Source of the DNA: Geosiphon pyriformis uo1
Taxonomy: Eukaryota; Fungi; Glomeromycota
Assembly: GCA_016748015.1 (NCBI GenBank)
Contig: JAAOMT010000072.1
Coordinates: 1-64,000 of the forward strand
Reading direction: 5' to 3'
Length of the DNA: 64,000 nt
A program made the translations under genes and the position numbers. Below the pieces are notes generated by a model. It made no database searches and was not told the DNA's origin. It was given only the letters and a program-made list of their open reading frames with translations. Below, piece by piece: positions 62,318 through 64,000 of this stretch; the stretch's first letter is position 1, and every line of letters starts with the position of its first letter.

Positions 62318-64000
62318 TGTTACAAGTGACTATTTCTGGTGTTGGATTAAATAACAAAACTCATAACTTGGTGCTCAAATCTAGTTGCAGTTGATAGTGA
62401 TCTGAAGGTTTGTGTCTGAAGAGTTTGTATCCGAAGGGTTTGGTTGAGTTTTTTGTATAATAGACAGAAATTCAATGGTAATAGTTTTATTCATAGCTTC
62501 CCAAAACCGCAGTTTTGTCAATTTCTTTCTCAGCTTGATGGCCAGTATTCCTTCTGGTAAGCTATCCTCAATTGAGTGTTCTACCTTTATTTCTGGGTCT
62601 TTTACCAGTCACGTTTATCCTGATATCAGTACCCCATATGTTAATCCTCAATAAAGTTAGTAAACAACAATAAAATCAAAGCAAGAAATAAAAAAAAAAA
62701 TAAAAAATAAAGAAAGAAAAGAAATAAGCCAAGGTGATTTGCAAGTTAGTATTCTGTTAATAGCCATAATCAAGAGTTATTGTTCTAGTATGGTTAAGTA
62801 TCAATTATTATCAACATGAAGTGTTGATAGTGGTAGCGGGTTTAAGATAACAAACAGTTATTTATTTGTGGTTTGGAAAGTTGTCTAGATGAAATCTAAA
62901 CTGAGAGATCTGTCTTTTTAGCTTCTAATCCTACTGCTATATATACATAATTGAAATTCCTCAATTTTTCAATTCTTTACAACAGGAATCCTGAGATTCT
63001 TGGAATTCTGCAATTTCTTTGAGAGAAATTTTGGAATTCTGGAATTCTGCGATTCCTTATGAGAATTCTGTAATTCCTAAAATCCTGCAATTCCTGAGAG
63101 GAATCCTAGAATTCCACATTTTATTATGTCTACTTCTGATTAGTTAATAACTATGCTAATATATATTTCCTATATTTCTATAAGTAACATTATTTCCTCC
63201 TTTTAATATTAAGCTCTGTCGAAATCTAATGCTGTTAATTCCCTTTCTTAAAATATTTCCTGAATTTCATTTTTAAGAATTACTTGTGTTATTTGAGTCT
63301 GTAATTCTTCAAATTGAGCATTGGTGATCTTTCCTAATTGATTACTGGTAACTGTATCTATTGTTTTGTTGAGTAAAATTTCTGGTCAATTCTGAAATGC
63401 TGTGTGTATTTGGTATATGGCTCGGACCTGTATGGATAAGTTGTTCTTTTCCACAAAATGTTCTAATTGTTGTAGTATTCTTGTGTCAAATAATTGCTTT
63501 GTTTTATCTGTATATAGATTCTGGATATTCACGTGTTGTTCCAAGTAAAAATAACAATAGTTTCTTGGAAATTGTTGTATCCACCAATTCCAAGTTTCTT
63601 TAGTCAATTCTTGGTATAGTGACTCTTTTGTCAACTTTTTTATTGCTAATTTTACTTTCACAATGATTTTGTCAATAGTATTTTCTGTTTTCTTCTGTGT
63701 TTTATGTGGTGATGTTTTTCTAGTGTCTTGATATTGGATGGTTTGTTGATTAATTGTAATTTCCATCTTTTGGTGTTGAATCAATTGAAAGAGTTGTTGT
63801 GCTAATGAGTAAATGTTGTCTGTAATTTTCATTTTTCTGATATTTCTTGTCATGTCTACTATGTTTTTATATATTCTTTTAATGGATTAATTTAACATGT
63901 TGTTGTCAATAATAATGATTGGTTCCAGATCTTGTGGAATCTCTTCTGGTTGGACTAGTATCTTCTGTACTCCTAATTGTGAAATATTATTGGTAGATGG
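62318..64000 (-). mobile_element. 3' end of a Gypsy family D element: integrase tail, accessory ORF, PPT 63190-63204, 3' LTR 62318-63189
   Basis: AAAAGGAGGAAATAA precedes TGTTAC; LTR ends TGTAACA; LEPIIII integrase tail as in C. Confidence 0.85.
63209..63853 (-). pseudogene. D accessory ORF downstream of integrase
   Basis: 155-aa ORF continues past the TGA at 63386 as PEILLNKTIDTVTSNQLGKITNAQFEEL. Confidence 0.65.

Overview
No host gene, RNA gene or CRISPR array is supported. The window is an AT-rich eukaryotic retrotransposon nest. The proteins resemble hypothetical proteins I recall from Glomeromycota fungi such as Geosiphon; that is recollection, not a search result. Contents: (1) seven partial or complete copies and two solo LTRs of one Ty3/Gypsy family ('A'), which has a -1 frameshifted gag/pol, a separately encoded integrase and an extra 4th ORF; (2) a complete dUTPase-bearing Gypsy ('C', 47191-57072) and fragments of other Gypsy families ('D', 'E', and a young dUTPase fragment at the left edge); (3) one full-length L1-like LINE with APE, RT and RNase H (about 19909-30169); (4) four copies of a ~2.4-kb poly(A)-tailed element ('H') that encodes only a divergent ORF1-type protein yet shares the LINE's 3' tail and 5' motif, i.e. 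a Half-L1-like non-autonomous partner. A ~5.5-kb inversion (35309-40823) can be reconstructed from reciprocal junctions, LTR pairs and target-site duplications. Nearly all ORFs are pseudogenised by C>T/G>A transitions.
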